Source of the DNA: an uncultured Acidimicrobiia bacterium | Lineage (GTDB): Bacteria > Actinomycetota > Acidimicrobiia > Spongiisociales > UBA5794 | Assembly: GCA_963714375.1 (NCBI GenBank) | Contig: CAVQOG010000006.1 | Coordinates: 287,603-351,602 of the forward strand | Direction: 5' to 3' | DNA: 64,000 bases | Shown here: piece after piece, positions 28,971-37,953 of the stretch | Layout of the letters: each line of letters opens with the position of its first letter | Numbering within the stretch: position 1 is the stretch's first letter | The notes under the pieces: generated by a model | Told to the model about the DNA's origin: nothing | The model's input: only the letters and a program-made list of their open reading frames with translations | The model's database searches: none | Program-made: the position numbers and the translations under genes

Positions 28971-29408
28971 TCAGCTTTCAGCCTGTGGCACCGCGTACGT
29001 GCCTTGCGCTACGGCGACGAGGCGGTCGGGTGCGCCGTCTACCCAGACTTCGATTGTTCCAACGATTCGACGAGCGCTCGACGAGTTGACAACGGCGCGA
29101 GCCAGAAGATCGGCGCCTTTGGCCGGCCGAAGAAATCGAATGGACATTTCGGTTGTCACCGCCATCGGCTCCACACCAATGAGCGTGAATGCAGCGAACC
29201 AGAGTGCCATATCAGCGGCCGAGAAGATGGTCGGTCCTGGGATGTACCCACCCGGTCTCAGCCGTGTGTCATCGAATGTCCAGCGAACGACAGCGGTGCC
29301 CTTCCCCAACGTGTCACAGCGCAAGCCCATGTCATAGATCGATGGAAAGGCTTCCTCCACCGCAGTATTGAGAGCCTCAACGGTCAAACCAAATGCGTTC
29401 TCTGTCAC
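28971..29408 (-). CDS. PaaI-family hot-dog thioesterase
   Basis: Single hot-dog fold, about 145 aa, with a conserved GG..PGP...AD.A-type segment. Confidence 0.7.
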   Translation of the reverse strand: MTENAFGLTVEALNTAVEEAFPSIYDMGLRCDTLGKGTAVVRWTFDDTRLRPGGYIPGPTIFSAADMALWFAAFTLIGVEPMAVTTEMSIRFLRPAKGADLLARAVVNSSSARRIVGTIEVWVDGAPDRLVAVAQGTYAVPQAES

Positions 29409-29548
29409 GTGTCGATACTCTAGATCCCAACCGCCAACCTGTTCTTCGCGGTCCCAGGTTCGGGTGTCAGTGGTCGGTCAATCGATCCACAATGACGAAG
29501 AGCGCCACCAAGGGTGACGCTCCTCTGTTGGCCCGGAATGGCAAGTTC

Positions 29549-31801
29549 CTAGCCGAGAACGCTCTCCAGTTCATCCTCTGAGATCAGTACTGATCTTGCC
29601 TTCGATCCGACCGAAGGACCGACGATGCCCCGTGACTCAAGAATGTCCATCACGCGGCCGGCTCTGGCAAACCCGATGCGCAGCTTGCGCTGGAGCATCG
29701 AAGTCGAACCGAGTTGGCTTCGTACGATGAGCTCGATCGCCTCTCGCATGATCTCGGGATCTTCCCCATCGAAATCCTCCAAGTCAGCTGCTTCCTGCTT
29801 CGCTTGCTCGAACACTTCGGCGTCCCGATACTGGGCATCGCGCTGCTCACGAACCCAGTCAACGGCAGCATGGACTTCAGCCTCGGTGACGAACGATCCC
29901 TGTATGCGCTCAGGCTTGGGTTCACGAGATGTCACCACGAGCATGTCGCCAAGACCTACGAGCTTGTCCGCCCCGCCCTGGTCGATAATGACGCGGGAAT
30001 CCGTCTGGGATGCCACCGAGAAGGCAAGACGAGAAGGCACGTTTGCCTTGATGACACCGGTAATCACGTTTACGGACGGGCGTTGTGTTGCAAGCACGAG
30101 GTGTATTCCAACCGCTCGGGCCATCTGGGCGATCCGGACGATCGAATCCTCGACGACCTTGCCGGCAACCATCATGAGGTCGTTGAGCTCATCAACAACG
30201 ATGACGATGTAGGGAAAACGATCGAACATCTCCTCGTCGAGGCCACCGGCGTCGTACTGCTCACGGTATGAGTCAATGTCACGAACACCGGCGTCGGCGA
30301 GAAGGTCGTAACGACGATCCATTTCCGACACGGCCCATTGGAGGGCGTCGGCAGCCTTCTTGGGGTTCGTGATGACTCTCGTGAGAAGGTGCGGCACGTC
30401 GTTGTACTGACCAAGCTCCACACGTTTCGGATCGACGAGGATCAAACGCACCTCTTCCGGGGTGGCTCTCATGAGGATCGACGTCAGAAGAGAGTTGATA
30501 CAGGACGATTTTCCGGCACCCGTTGCACCTGCGATCAACACGTGCGGAAGCTCGGTGAGTCGCAACATGCGGGCAGCACCAGAAACGTCCATGCCGAGGG
30601 CAACAAGCATCGGGTCGTGGTCAAGTGTTGCGATGTCTGACCGGAGGATCTCGCCGAGCGTGACAAGATGACGTTTCCGGTTTGGAACCTCGATCCCAAT
30701 TGCTGACTTGCCAGGAATCGGAGCAAGGATCCGCACATCGTGCGCCGCCAAGGCATACGCGATGTCGTTACTCAAATTCGTGACCTTGGCGACCTTGACC
30801 CCAGGGGCAAGTTCGATCTCATAGCGTGTCACGGTGGGTCCTGGAACAATCCGCGTGAGGTTCGCTTCGACCCCGTGCTGGCGAAGGGCGTCCTCGAGTG
30901 CTTCGCCGGTCTCCTTGAGACCTCGTCCGTCGTGGCCATTGTTGGAAGACACAGACAGGATGTCGAGTGGCGGAAGCGTGTAGCCGTCCATCTTCACCGG
31001 TACAGCGACCTTCGGCTGAACGGGCTTGGCGTTTTGCGGTCCTGTTGGCTCTGGATTTCGCTGCTTCTTCGGTCGGGTGTTCGGCGCTGGCTCCACCGAC
31101 TCGGGTTGGGTTGAGGCGATGAGAGGCCTATCCACGAGCACGGTCGAATCTGCCTCCGCGTCTGATCGACCAAAACCGGAGAACCGAACAAATCCAGTGA
31201 AGTAGGTGCCGATCTGGCGGAAGACATCCCCAAGGGATGCCCTGGTGATCAGGAGAGCACCCACACCGATCACAGCGACGAGGACCACTGATGTACCCCA
31301 GTAGCCGATCAGGCGTTCGAGTGGGAACGTGATGAGCGATCCAACCGCTCCCCCGTGCTCTGACACAGATTCGGTTCCCCCCGCAAGCGGCACATTTCCC
31401 GTGAAGAGGTGGAAAAGAGCGACCGAACCGACGAAGAGGATTCCAACACCAACCACGGTGCGGCCGTGATCGTCCTTGTTGATGAGACCGATCAGAGAAG
31501 CTCCAGCAATGATGAGAGCGAGCGGAACAGCGAATGCCCAGACACCGAATAGGACCCTCGCCACTCCCGATGCCGAGGAACCAACCGGCCCCGAAAGCTC
31601 GAAGAACGAGAGGGTCAGAAGGAGTGATGCAACGATGAGGACGACACCCCAAACGTCCCTGCGATGGTCGCCGAGTGATTCGCCGATCTTTCCCGGCACT
31701 GCCCCCAGCGCGGAGGTCGTCCGTTTCAGTCTCGACTGTTTCTTCTTTTTTCGTGCGGTACTCCGCCCCTTGGCCCCACCCGATGTGGTGCGAGTGGCCA
31801 T
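29549..31801 (-). CDS. ftsK: DNA translocase FtsK/SpoIIIE
   Basis: N-terminal TM segments, Pro/Gln-rich linker, motor domain with Walker A GATGAGKS, and a C-terminal gamma (winged-helix) domain. Confidence 0.93.
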   Translation of the reverse strand: MATRTTSGGAKGRSTARKKKKQSRLKRTTSALGAVPGKIGESLGDHRRDVWGVVLIVASLLLTLSFFELSGPVGSSASGVARVLFGVWAFAVPLALIIAGASLIGLINKDDHGRTVVGVGILFVGSVALFHLFTGNVPLAGGTESVSEHGGAVGSLITFPLERLIGYWGTSVVLVAVIGVGALLITRASLGDVFRQIGTYFTGFVRFSGFGRSDAEADSTVLVDRPLIASTQPESVEPAPNTRPKKQRNPEPTGPQNAKPVQPKVAVPVKMDGYTLPPLDILSVSSNNGHDGRGLKETGEALEDALRQHGVEANLTRIVPGPTVTRYEIELAPGVKVAKVTNLSNDIAYALAAHDVRILAPIPGKSAIGIEVPNRKRHLVTLGEILRSDIATLDHDPMLVALGMDVSGAARMLRLTELPHVLIAGATGAGKSSCINSLLTSILMRATPEEVRLILVDPKRVELGQYNDVPHLLTRVITNPKKAADALQWAVSEMDRRYDLLADAGVRDIDSYREQYDAGGLDEEMFDRFPYIVIVVDELNDLMMVAGKVVEDSIVRIAQMARAVGIHLVLATQRPSVNVITGVIKANVPSRLAFSVASQTDSRVIIDQGGADKLVGLGDMLVVTSREPKPERIQGSFVTEAEVHAAVDWVREQRDAQYRDAEVFEQAKQEAADLEDFDGEDPEIMREAIELIVRSQLGSTSMLQRKLRIGFARAGRVMDILESRGIVGPSVGSKARSVLISEDELESVLG

Positions 31802-31900
31802 GGGAGACGAACACTACCCCAACTCCCGAGCAGAACAAACCACCGATCGCGCGTGGTCACGCGCGAAGAGTTACATCCGTGTAATTCGGTACCACGATCG

Positions 31901-33529
31901 TCAGACTTCGAACACCACGGGAAGCACGACAGGTCGGCGTCCTGCATGCTTCTTGACAGCCCGTGCCGCTGAGTTCCGGACCCGTTGACGCAGCGTGTCC
32001 ATGTCGATGGGTACGTCAAGACTGCCGACAGAGTCGATGATCCGACTGCGGATCAGGGTGTGGAGCTCTTCCTCATCTGCGGTAACCCCGTGGGAGTCGA
32101 TGTCGGGTCCGATCAGGATCTCGCCCGTGCGGAGATTGATACCGATCGTCACCGTCATCACCCCATCGTCTGCAAGGTGTCTGCGATCGCGAATGACCTC
32201 ATCATCGCCGCCGATGTCTGTCCCATCGACATAGACATACCCGGATGGGACGACGCCCCGCTCAACCGTGAGTTTGCCATTCTTGAGAGTCACCCGATCG
32301 CCGTCCTGGCAGATCTCGACTTCGGGAATCCGCATCTCACGTCCGAGTGCGGCGTTTGCATGCATATGTCGGTATTCGCCGTGCACCGGAATCATCGCCT
32401 CTGGTCTGACCGTGTTGTAAAACGTCTTGAGCTCCTCGGCTGCTGCGTGACCCGACACATGCACGTGCGTGTTGCGACCGTGGTACACCGTCACACCTGC
32501 TCGATACAGGTTGTTGATCACCTTCGACACCTTCTTCTCGTTACCAGGGATCGGCGTCGCCGAGATGATCACCGTGTCGGTATCGGCGAGCGACACCGAC
32601 CGATGCTGTCCGGCTGCCATGAGAGAGAGCGCTGCAAATGGCTCTCCCTGACTCCCGGTCGAGATGATGGCCGTGTCTGCTGGCGGCATATCGACGAGTT
32701 CGTTCAGCTCGACAAGTCCATTCTTGGGGATATTCAGCGACCCGAGGTCGGCGGCGATCTCCGAGTTGCGCAACATCGAACGACCGATGAATGCAAACTT
32801 CCGATTGTCGGCCACAACTGCATCGATTGCCTGTTGGACACGGTGCACGTGGGAGGCAAAGCACGCCATGATGACACGCCCTTCGGCGCGTGAAACGATC
32901 TGATTCAGGCGCTCTCCAACGGTGATCTCTGACGGTATATAGCCTTCACGCTCGGCATTGGTGGAATCGGCGAGGAGCAGCCTGACTCCCTTCTCCCCGA
33001 TGGTGCCGAACGATCTGAGATCGGTCGGGATACCGTCGAGTGGTGTGGGGTCGAGTTTGAAGTCGCCACTGTGGAGAACGATGCCTTCGGGCGTGTTGAA
33101 CGCAATCGCCGCCGCGTCTGGGATCGAGTGTGACACGGGAATGAACGTGAACCGGAAGGGTCCATCCTCGACCCAGTCGTAGTACTGGACTGGCCTCAGG
33201 TCTGGTACGAGTCCGTATTCTTCGATACGTGCTCTGGCGAACCCGACGGTCAGCGGTGTCCCATAGATGGGAACATTGACCTCACGCAGGAGGAACGAAA
33301 GCGCTCCGATGTGATCCTCATGGCCGTGGGTGAGAATGATGCAGGAAAGGTCGTCTTTCCGTTCAACCACACCGGAGAAGTCCGGGAGCACGAGGTCGAC
33401 ACCGAGCATGTCCTCTTCGGGGAACATGAGGCCGCAGTCGATCATTGCCATGGAGCCATCGATTTCGATGGTTGCACAGTTTCTTCCGACCTCGCCGAGG
33501 CCACCGAGGAACCCGATCTGGACCGTCAC
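31901..33529 (-). CDS. rnj: ribonuclease J
   Basis: Metallo-beta-lactamase motif ILTHGHEDHIGAL, beta-CASP and C-terminal domains. Confidence 0.9.
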   Translation of the reverse strand: MTVQIGFLGGLGEVGRNCATIEIDGSMAMIDCGLMFPEEDMLGVDLVLPDFSGVVERKDDLSCIILTHGHEDHIGALSFLLREVNVPIYGTPLTVGFARARIEEYGLVPDLRPVQYYDWVEDGPFRFTFIPVSHSIPDAAAIAFNTPEGIVLHSGDFKLDPTPLDGIPTDLRSFGTIGEKGVRLLLADSTNAEREGYIPSEITVGERLNQIVSRAEGRVIMACFASHVHRVQQAIDAVVADNRKFAFIGRSMLRNSEIAADLGSLNIPKNGLVELNELVDMPPADTAIISTGSQGEPFAALSLMAAGQHRSVSLADTDTVIISATPIPGNEKKVSKVINNLYRAGVTVYHGRNTHVHVSGHAAAEELKTFYNTVRPEAMIPVHGEYRHMHANAALGREMRIPEVEICQDGDRVTLKNGKLTVERGVVPSGYVYVDGTDIGGDDEVIRDRRHLADDGVMTVTIGINLRTGEILIGPDIDSHGVTADEEELHTLIRSRIIDSVGSLDVPIDMDTLRQRVRNSAARAVKKHAGRRPVVLPVVFEV

Positions 33530-34431
33530 GATGCGCGGTACTCGGCGATAGCGTCGAGTGCGTTGCCGACGAGTTCGAGTGTCTCGGGCTTTGCAGGAAG
33601 CAGGGGAAGCTTCGGATCACCCACGTGATCCCAGTATTTCGTAAGTCCAGCCTTGAGCGGCATGGGATTCGGCTCGCTGAAGAGGGCCGTGTTGAGTGGT
33701 GCAATCAAGTCGTCGAGCTCCTTGGCCGTTGTGTCGTCGCCATCGATGACGGCCGAGACCATCGCTGCGATCTCGCGCCCTGCGAGGTGTGAAGAAACCG
33801 ATACGACGCCGACTCCGTTGGCTTCCACGATCCGTCGTGTGTGTCCATCGCTTCCGCTGTATACGGCAAACCCCTCGGGGAGCGCTTCGATGCAACGACG
33901 TGACCAATCCGGATCGTCAACCGCGTCCTTGACGGCGATGATACGGGGATGCTCGGCGAGTTCGCTCAGGGTCTCGATCTCCACGAGCGTCGCTGTCCGT
34001 CCGGGGATGTTGTAGATCATGAGCGGCCGGTCGGTTGCGTCGGCAATCGCAGTCATGTGCGCCACAATGCCGGCCTGTGGCGGCTTCGAGTAGTACGGCG
34101 TCACAGCCATGACACCGTCGACCCCGGCAATCGCTGCCGCCTCGGCGAGTTCGATCGACACCGCGGTGTTGTACGTCCCGACACCGGCGACGACCGTCAT
34201 TTTGTCTCCGGTCGCGTCTACGGCGGCCTTGAACAGAGCAATCTTTTCGGCCTTCGACAGAACGGGTGACTCCCCGGTTGTCCCGGCGACGACCACCCCA
34301 TCGGAACCGTTTACCCCAAGGTGGTGAATCAACTTCCAGAAGGTTGCGTAGTCGACGGATCCCTCAGACGTGAACGGTGTGATGATGGCGGTGAGGACCC
34401 GCCCAAAAGGTGCGCCCGGTCTGTTCTGCAT
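33526..34431 (-). CDS. dapA: 4-hydroxy-tetrahydrodipicolinate synthase
   Basis: GTTGESPVLS motif and full-length DapA similarity. Confidence 0.9.
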   Translation of the reverse strand: MQNRPGAPFGRVLTAIITPFTSEGSVDYATFWKLIHHLGVNGSDGVVVAGTTGESPVLSKAEKIALFKAAVDATGDKMTVVAGVGTYNTAVSIELAEAAAIAGVDGVMAVTPYYSKPPQAGIVAHMTAIADATDRPLMIYNIPGRTATLVEIETLSELAEHPRIIAVKDAVDDPDWSRRCIEALPEGFAVYSGSDGHTRRIVEANGVGVVSVSSHLAGREIAAMVSAVIDGDDTTAKELDDLIAPLNTALFSEPNPMPLKAGLTKYWDHVGDPKLPLLPAKPETLELVGNALDAIAEYRAS

Positions 34432-34471
34432 CCCATGAAGATATCACTAGTCGGACGAGGAATTACGGATG

Positions 34472-34515
34472 ACGGACGACAGACGACAGACGACAGACGA
34501 CAGACGACAGACGAG
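34472..34515. repeat. (GACAGAC)n heptanucleotide microsatellite, about 6 copies
   Basis: gacggac then gacagac x5, in the divergent intergenic region between dapA and the thioredoxin-like gene. Confidence 0.85.
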
Positions 34516-34575
34516 ACTTTCGGATTGCGGAGGCGGAGCGACAGATCAGTTCTCCGTCGTCGGTAGTCTGTTGGT

Positions 34576-35421
34576 ATGGCATCAGCAAGTCCCCATGTGC
34601 GTGACGTATCGATGGCGGAGTTTCAGCAGGAGGTTCTGCTTCGGTCCCGCGAGGTGCCCGTCTTGGTCGACTTCTGGGCAGAGTGGTGTCAGCCGTGCAA
34701 GACCTTGTCCCCGTATCTTGAGGCACTCGCCGACGAGTATGCCGGCCAGTTCGAGTTGGCCAAAGTGGACGTCGACGCAAACCAGGAGTTGTCGGCGCAA
34801 TTCATCGTCCAGTCGATCCCTACGGTCATTGCCATCAAGAACGGAAAGGAAGTCGGACGATTCCAAGGGGCGATCCCCGAGGCATCCATCCGAGAGTTCC
34901 TTACCGAAGTGCTGCCGACAGAACTCGACCTGATGTTCGAGCAGGCGCGAACGGCGCTGATCACAGGAGATACACCCGGCGCGGAACACATCCTGCGCCA
35001 AGTTCTTTCCGAGAAGGCCGATCACCAGGACGCAGGAACAAGCCTCGCTGCCCTCCTCATCGATCGCGGGGATATCGACGAGGCAATGATTGTTCTTGGG
35101 AAGCTGATACCCGATGCGGATGTCGAGCGACTCCAGGCAGCGGCCCGCCTCAGACAGAGCGCCGGAGGCGACATCGCAGAGCTCGAAGCGGTCGCCACAG
35201 CCAATCCCGACGATGACGCTGCCCAGCTCGATCTTGCCCGAGCTCTCGCAGCGCACTCAGAGTACGAGCCTGCACTTGATCGGATGCTCGCGATCGTTGT
35301 CCGCGCTGGTGATGTGAAGGAAGCGGCCAGACTCGCGATGGTCGATATCTTCGATGTCCTTGGGAATGAACACCCGCTGACCCAGACGTACCGCCGAAAG
35401 CTCGCGGCGGCATTGTTCTAG
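34576..35421 (+). CDS. thioredoxin-domain protein with C-terminal TPR-like region (YbbN/CnoX-like co-chaperone)
   Basis: WAEWCQPCK thioredoxin active site followed by a helical repeat C-terminus. Confidence 0.8.
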   Translation: MASASPHVRDVSMAEFQQEVLLRSREVPVLVDFWAEWCQPCKTLSPYLEALADEYAGQFELAKVDVDANQELSAQFIVQSIPTVIAIKNGKEVGRFQGAIPEASIREFLTEVLPTELDLMFEQARTALITGDTPGAEHILRQVLSEKADHQDAGTSLAALLIDRGDIDEAMIVLGKLIPDADVERLQAAARLRQSAGGDIAELEAVATANPDDDAAQLDLARALAAHSEYEPALDRMLAIVVRAGDVKEAARLAMVDIFDVLGNEHPLTQTYRRKLAAALF

Positions 35422-35445
35422 CCGTTGAGCGTTCAGCGTTGGACG

Positions 35446-36207
35446 TTAGGCGATTCCCAGGAGGGAATCGAGGCCGACAGCAAGGGGGGCTTTCTGCGCC
35501 GATACCGAACGGACTGCGAGCAAGATTCCCGGCAGGAACGCGTCGCGGTCCATCGTGTCGTGGCGAAGCGAAAGTGTTTCACCCTCGGAGCCAAACATCA
35601 CGAGCTGATGGGCGAGCAGGCCCGGCATCCGGACCGAATGCACCGACACGCCATCAACGGTCGCTCCCAGCGCCCCAATGTGAAACTCCTCGGATTCCTT
35701 CGCACGTCGCTGTGCTCCCCCGGCAGCGGCAATGCGAGCTGCCGTCGCGATCGCCGTCCCCGATGGGGCATCAATCTTTCGATCGTGGTGCATCTCGATG
35801 ACTTCAGCGACCTCGAAGTACTTCGCGGCCATCTCGGCCATCTTCATCATCAGAACGCCACCGATCGAGAAGTTCGGGACGACAAGGCAGTTGCCTGGTC
35901 CATTCCCCCACAGCTCCTCGAGCGCCGCAAGCCTCTCCGCATCGAAACCGGAGGTGCCCACGACAACGTTCGAGCCGAATTGTCTCCAGTGCGCAAGGTG
36001 ATCCATCACCGAAGCCGGCGGCGAGAACTCCAAAATGACATCACATCCGTCGAGGGTTTCAGGATCCTGACTGATCGACAGCCCGGCGATATTCCCTGCG
36101 GTGTTCTGGTCGTACAGTGCGATCAGGTGAAGATCGTCCGCCTCAGCGAATGCCCTGGCGGCAAGGCTCCCCATCCTGCCCGAGGCCCCGGAGACACCGA
36201 CTTTCAC
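35446..36207 (-). CDS. dapB: 4-hydroxy-tetrahydrodipicolinate reductase
   Basis: N-terminal NAD(P)-binding VGVSGASGRMG motif and full-length DapB similarity. Confidence 0.9.
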   Translation of the reverse strand: MKVGVSGASGRMGSLAARAFAEADDLHLIALYDQNTAGNIAGLSISQDPETLDGCDVILEFSPPASVMDHLAHWRQFGSNVVVGTSGFDAERLAALEELWGNGPGNCLVVPNFSIGGVLMMKMAEMAAKYFEVAEVIEMHHDRKIDAPSGTAIATAARIAAAGGAQRRAKESEEFHIGALGATVDGVSVHSVRMPGLLAHQLVMFGSEGETLSLRHDTMDRDAFLPGILLAVRSVSAQKAPLAVGLDSLLGIA

Positions 36208-37451
36208 TGGACAAACTCCTCAAGATCATCGGCGGAAAAGGGTCCGACGGCGCCAAGCACGTAGGGACCCTGGTATGCCGCCTTGACGGCCTCGAGCACT
36301 TCGTCCTGAGTCACGTTCGAGATCACTTCTACCGTTTCGTCGACGGTGAGATGCTCCATGCCGGTCAGCTCGGTTTGACCGATGCGATTCATGCGGCTGA
36401 GAGCATCCTCGAGTCCGAGAGCAAGGGCGCCCTTCACATAGCCCTTGGCTCGGTTGAGTTCCTCATCGGTCAATCCATCATTCATCAGTCTGGCGATCTC
36501 CGTGCGGACAAGACCGAGAACCTCAGCGGTCTGACTCGGAGCAGTGCCGACGTAGACGGCGCTCGCACCGGCGTCTGCGAACGGCATCCGAAAACTGTGA
36601 ACGGAATAGGCCAGGCCACGGGTCTCGCGAATCTCATGGAACAAGCGCGAGTTCATACCACCACCAAGAACGTGGTCAGCAAGCATCAGGGCGTAGCGGC
36701 GCTCATCGTCGCGTGCAAAAGACTCGCTTCCGAAAACGAGGTGGGCCTGCTCGGTGTCCTTGGTTCTGACCTGCACCCGCGACGAAACCACCGGCTTGGT
36801 CAGCACGTGGTCGGTTTGGAGACCGGACCACTCTCCGAACCGTGCCGCAACCTGATCAATGACGTCGTCAGGGAGGTTCCCTGCGATCGATATCACTGTC
36901 GAATAAGGCGTATAGCGACGAGACCAATACGCATCGATCGTTTCGCGGGACATGTCCGTGATGGACTCCTTCGTCCCGAGGATCGGTGGCGACAGCGGGT
37001 GGTTGGACCACAACGCCTCGACGAACTGTTCATGGGCGACATCGGTCGGGTCATCCTCGTTCATGTTGATCTCTTCAAGAACGACGTGACGTTCGCTGTC
37101 GATTTCAGCCTGACGGAATGCGGGGCGCTGGATCATCTCCGAGAGAATCTCAAGACCGAGCGGGAAATCCTCGTCTCGCAGACGCGTCCAAAAACACGTG
37201 TACTCCTTCGACGTAAACGCATTGTGCCGCGCACCAACTCCGTCGAACGCTCCGGAGATGTCCCTGGCAGACCATGACTCCGATCCTTTGAACAACAGAT
37301 GCTCCAGAAAGTGTGACGCACCCGCTTCGGGACCAGCCTCGTCTCGGCTCCCCGTGGCAACCCAGCACCCGATCGCGACTGATCGAGTCGACGGCATGTG
37401 GTGCGTGATGATTCTGAGCCCGTTGGGGAGAGTTGTTAGTTGGTGTTCCAT
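36204..37451 (-). CDS. M16-family zinc peptidase (pitrilysin/PepR-like)
   Basis: Inverted zinc motif HFLEHLLFKG near the N-terminus; 415 aa. Confidence 0.85.
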   Translation of the reverse strand: MEHQLTTLPNGLRIITHHMPSTRSVAIGCWVATGSRDEAGPEAGASHFLEHLLFKGSESWSARDISGAFDGVGARHNAFTSKEYTCFWTRLRDEDFPLGLEILSEMIQRPAFRQAEIDSERHVVLEEINMNEDDPTDVAHEQFVEALWSNHPLSPPILGTKESITDMSRETIDAYWSRRYTPYSTVISIAGNLPDDVIDQVAARFGEWSGLQTDHVLTKPVVSSRVQVRTKDTEQAHLVFGSESFARDDERRYALMLADHVLGGGMNSRLFHEIRETRGLAYSVHSFRMPFADAGASAVYVGTAPSQTAEVLGLVRTEIARLMNDGLTDEELNRAKGYVKGALALGLEDALSRMNRIGQTELTGMEHLTVDETVEVISNVTQDEVLEAVKAAYQGPYVLGAVGPFSADDLEEFVQ

Positions 37452-37515
37452 CGTTGCTCGATGATAGGAACCCCTTGGTTGACCGAAACTCGATGGACGG
37501 TTTCAGCGTCGCCGA

Positions 37516-37908
37516 CTACTCAAGCGGACCGGGGGGCTTTCTGAGGAGCTTCGTTCGCGATCGCATTCTCTTGTCTTCGATCCGTTTCTTCCGCGCGGAT
37601 CGCGACGGCTTCGTAAATCGCCTCGGAGGTGGGTCTGGCTTGGCTGCACCGTCGAGCACCGCTTCGAGACGACGGCGTGCCCTTTTCCGATTCGTCGCCT
37701 GGGACCGCGATCGGTCCTCCACGATCCGGATCTCGGAACCAACCTTGTTCACGATGCGGGCTCGTGACCGCTCATCGATCGCTGTTGACGTCTCGACATC
37801 GAACCGCAGCTCAACACGTGTTGAAGACCTGTTTGCATGCTGGCCGCCGGGTCCTCCCGTGGGTGAGAATCGCCATTGGAGTTCCCGATCAGGAATGTCG
37901 AACGACAG
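37516..37908 (-). CDS. arfB: alternative ribosome-rescue factor ArfB (peptidyl-tRNA hydrolase domain, GGQ motif)
   Basis: Minus-strand frame reads ...LSFDIPDRELQWRFSPTGGPGGQHANRSSTRVELRFDVETS...RSRSQATNRKRARRRLEAV... with a basic C-terminal tail. The ORF track reports only the C-terminal 78 aa from a GTG at 37752. The full frame is open back to a stop at 37927-37929 but contains no ATG, GTG or TTG, so the start is probably CTG (37906-37908) or ATT (37894-37896). Confidence 0.6.
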   Translation of the reverse strand: MSFDIPDRELQWRFSPTGGPGGQHANRSSTRVELRFDVETSTAIDERSRARIVNKVGSEIRIVEDRSRSQATNRKRARRRLEAVLDGAAKPDPPPRRFTKPSRSARKKRIEDKRMRSRTKLLRKPPGPLE

Positions 37909-37953
37909 GGTGCCCTCCGTGAGACTTCAACGGCATCGTACACTTGGCGGTTG

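Noticed and set aside
31849-31865. Palindrome gcgcgtg-gtc-acgcgc between the ftsK start and rnj end
   Set aside because: A short 7-bp GC palindrome in GC-rich DNA is expected by chance. It is possibly a weak terminator or operator, but there is no supporting context.
37876-37953. ORF-track start of the VWA protein at 37876
   Set aside because: It would overlap the 5' end of arfB on the opposite strand. The first conserved-looking segment begins after Met 37954.
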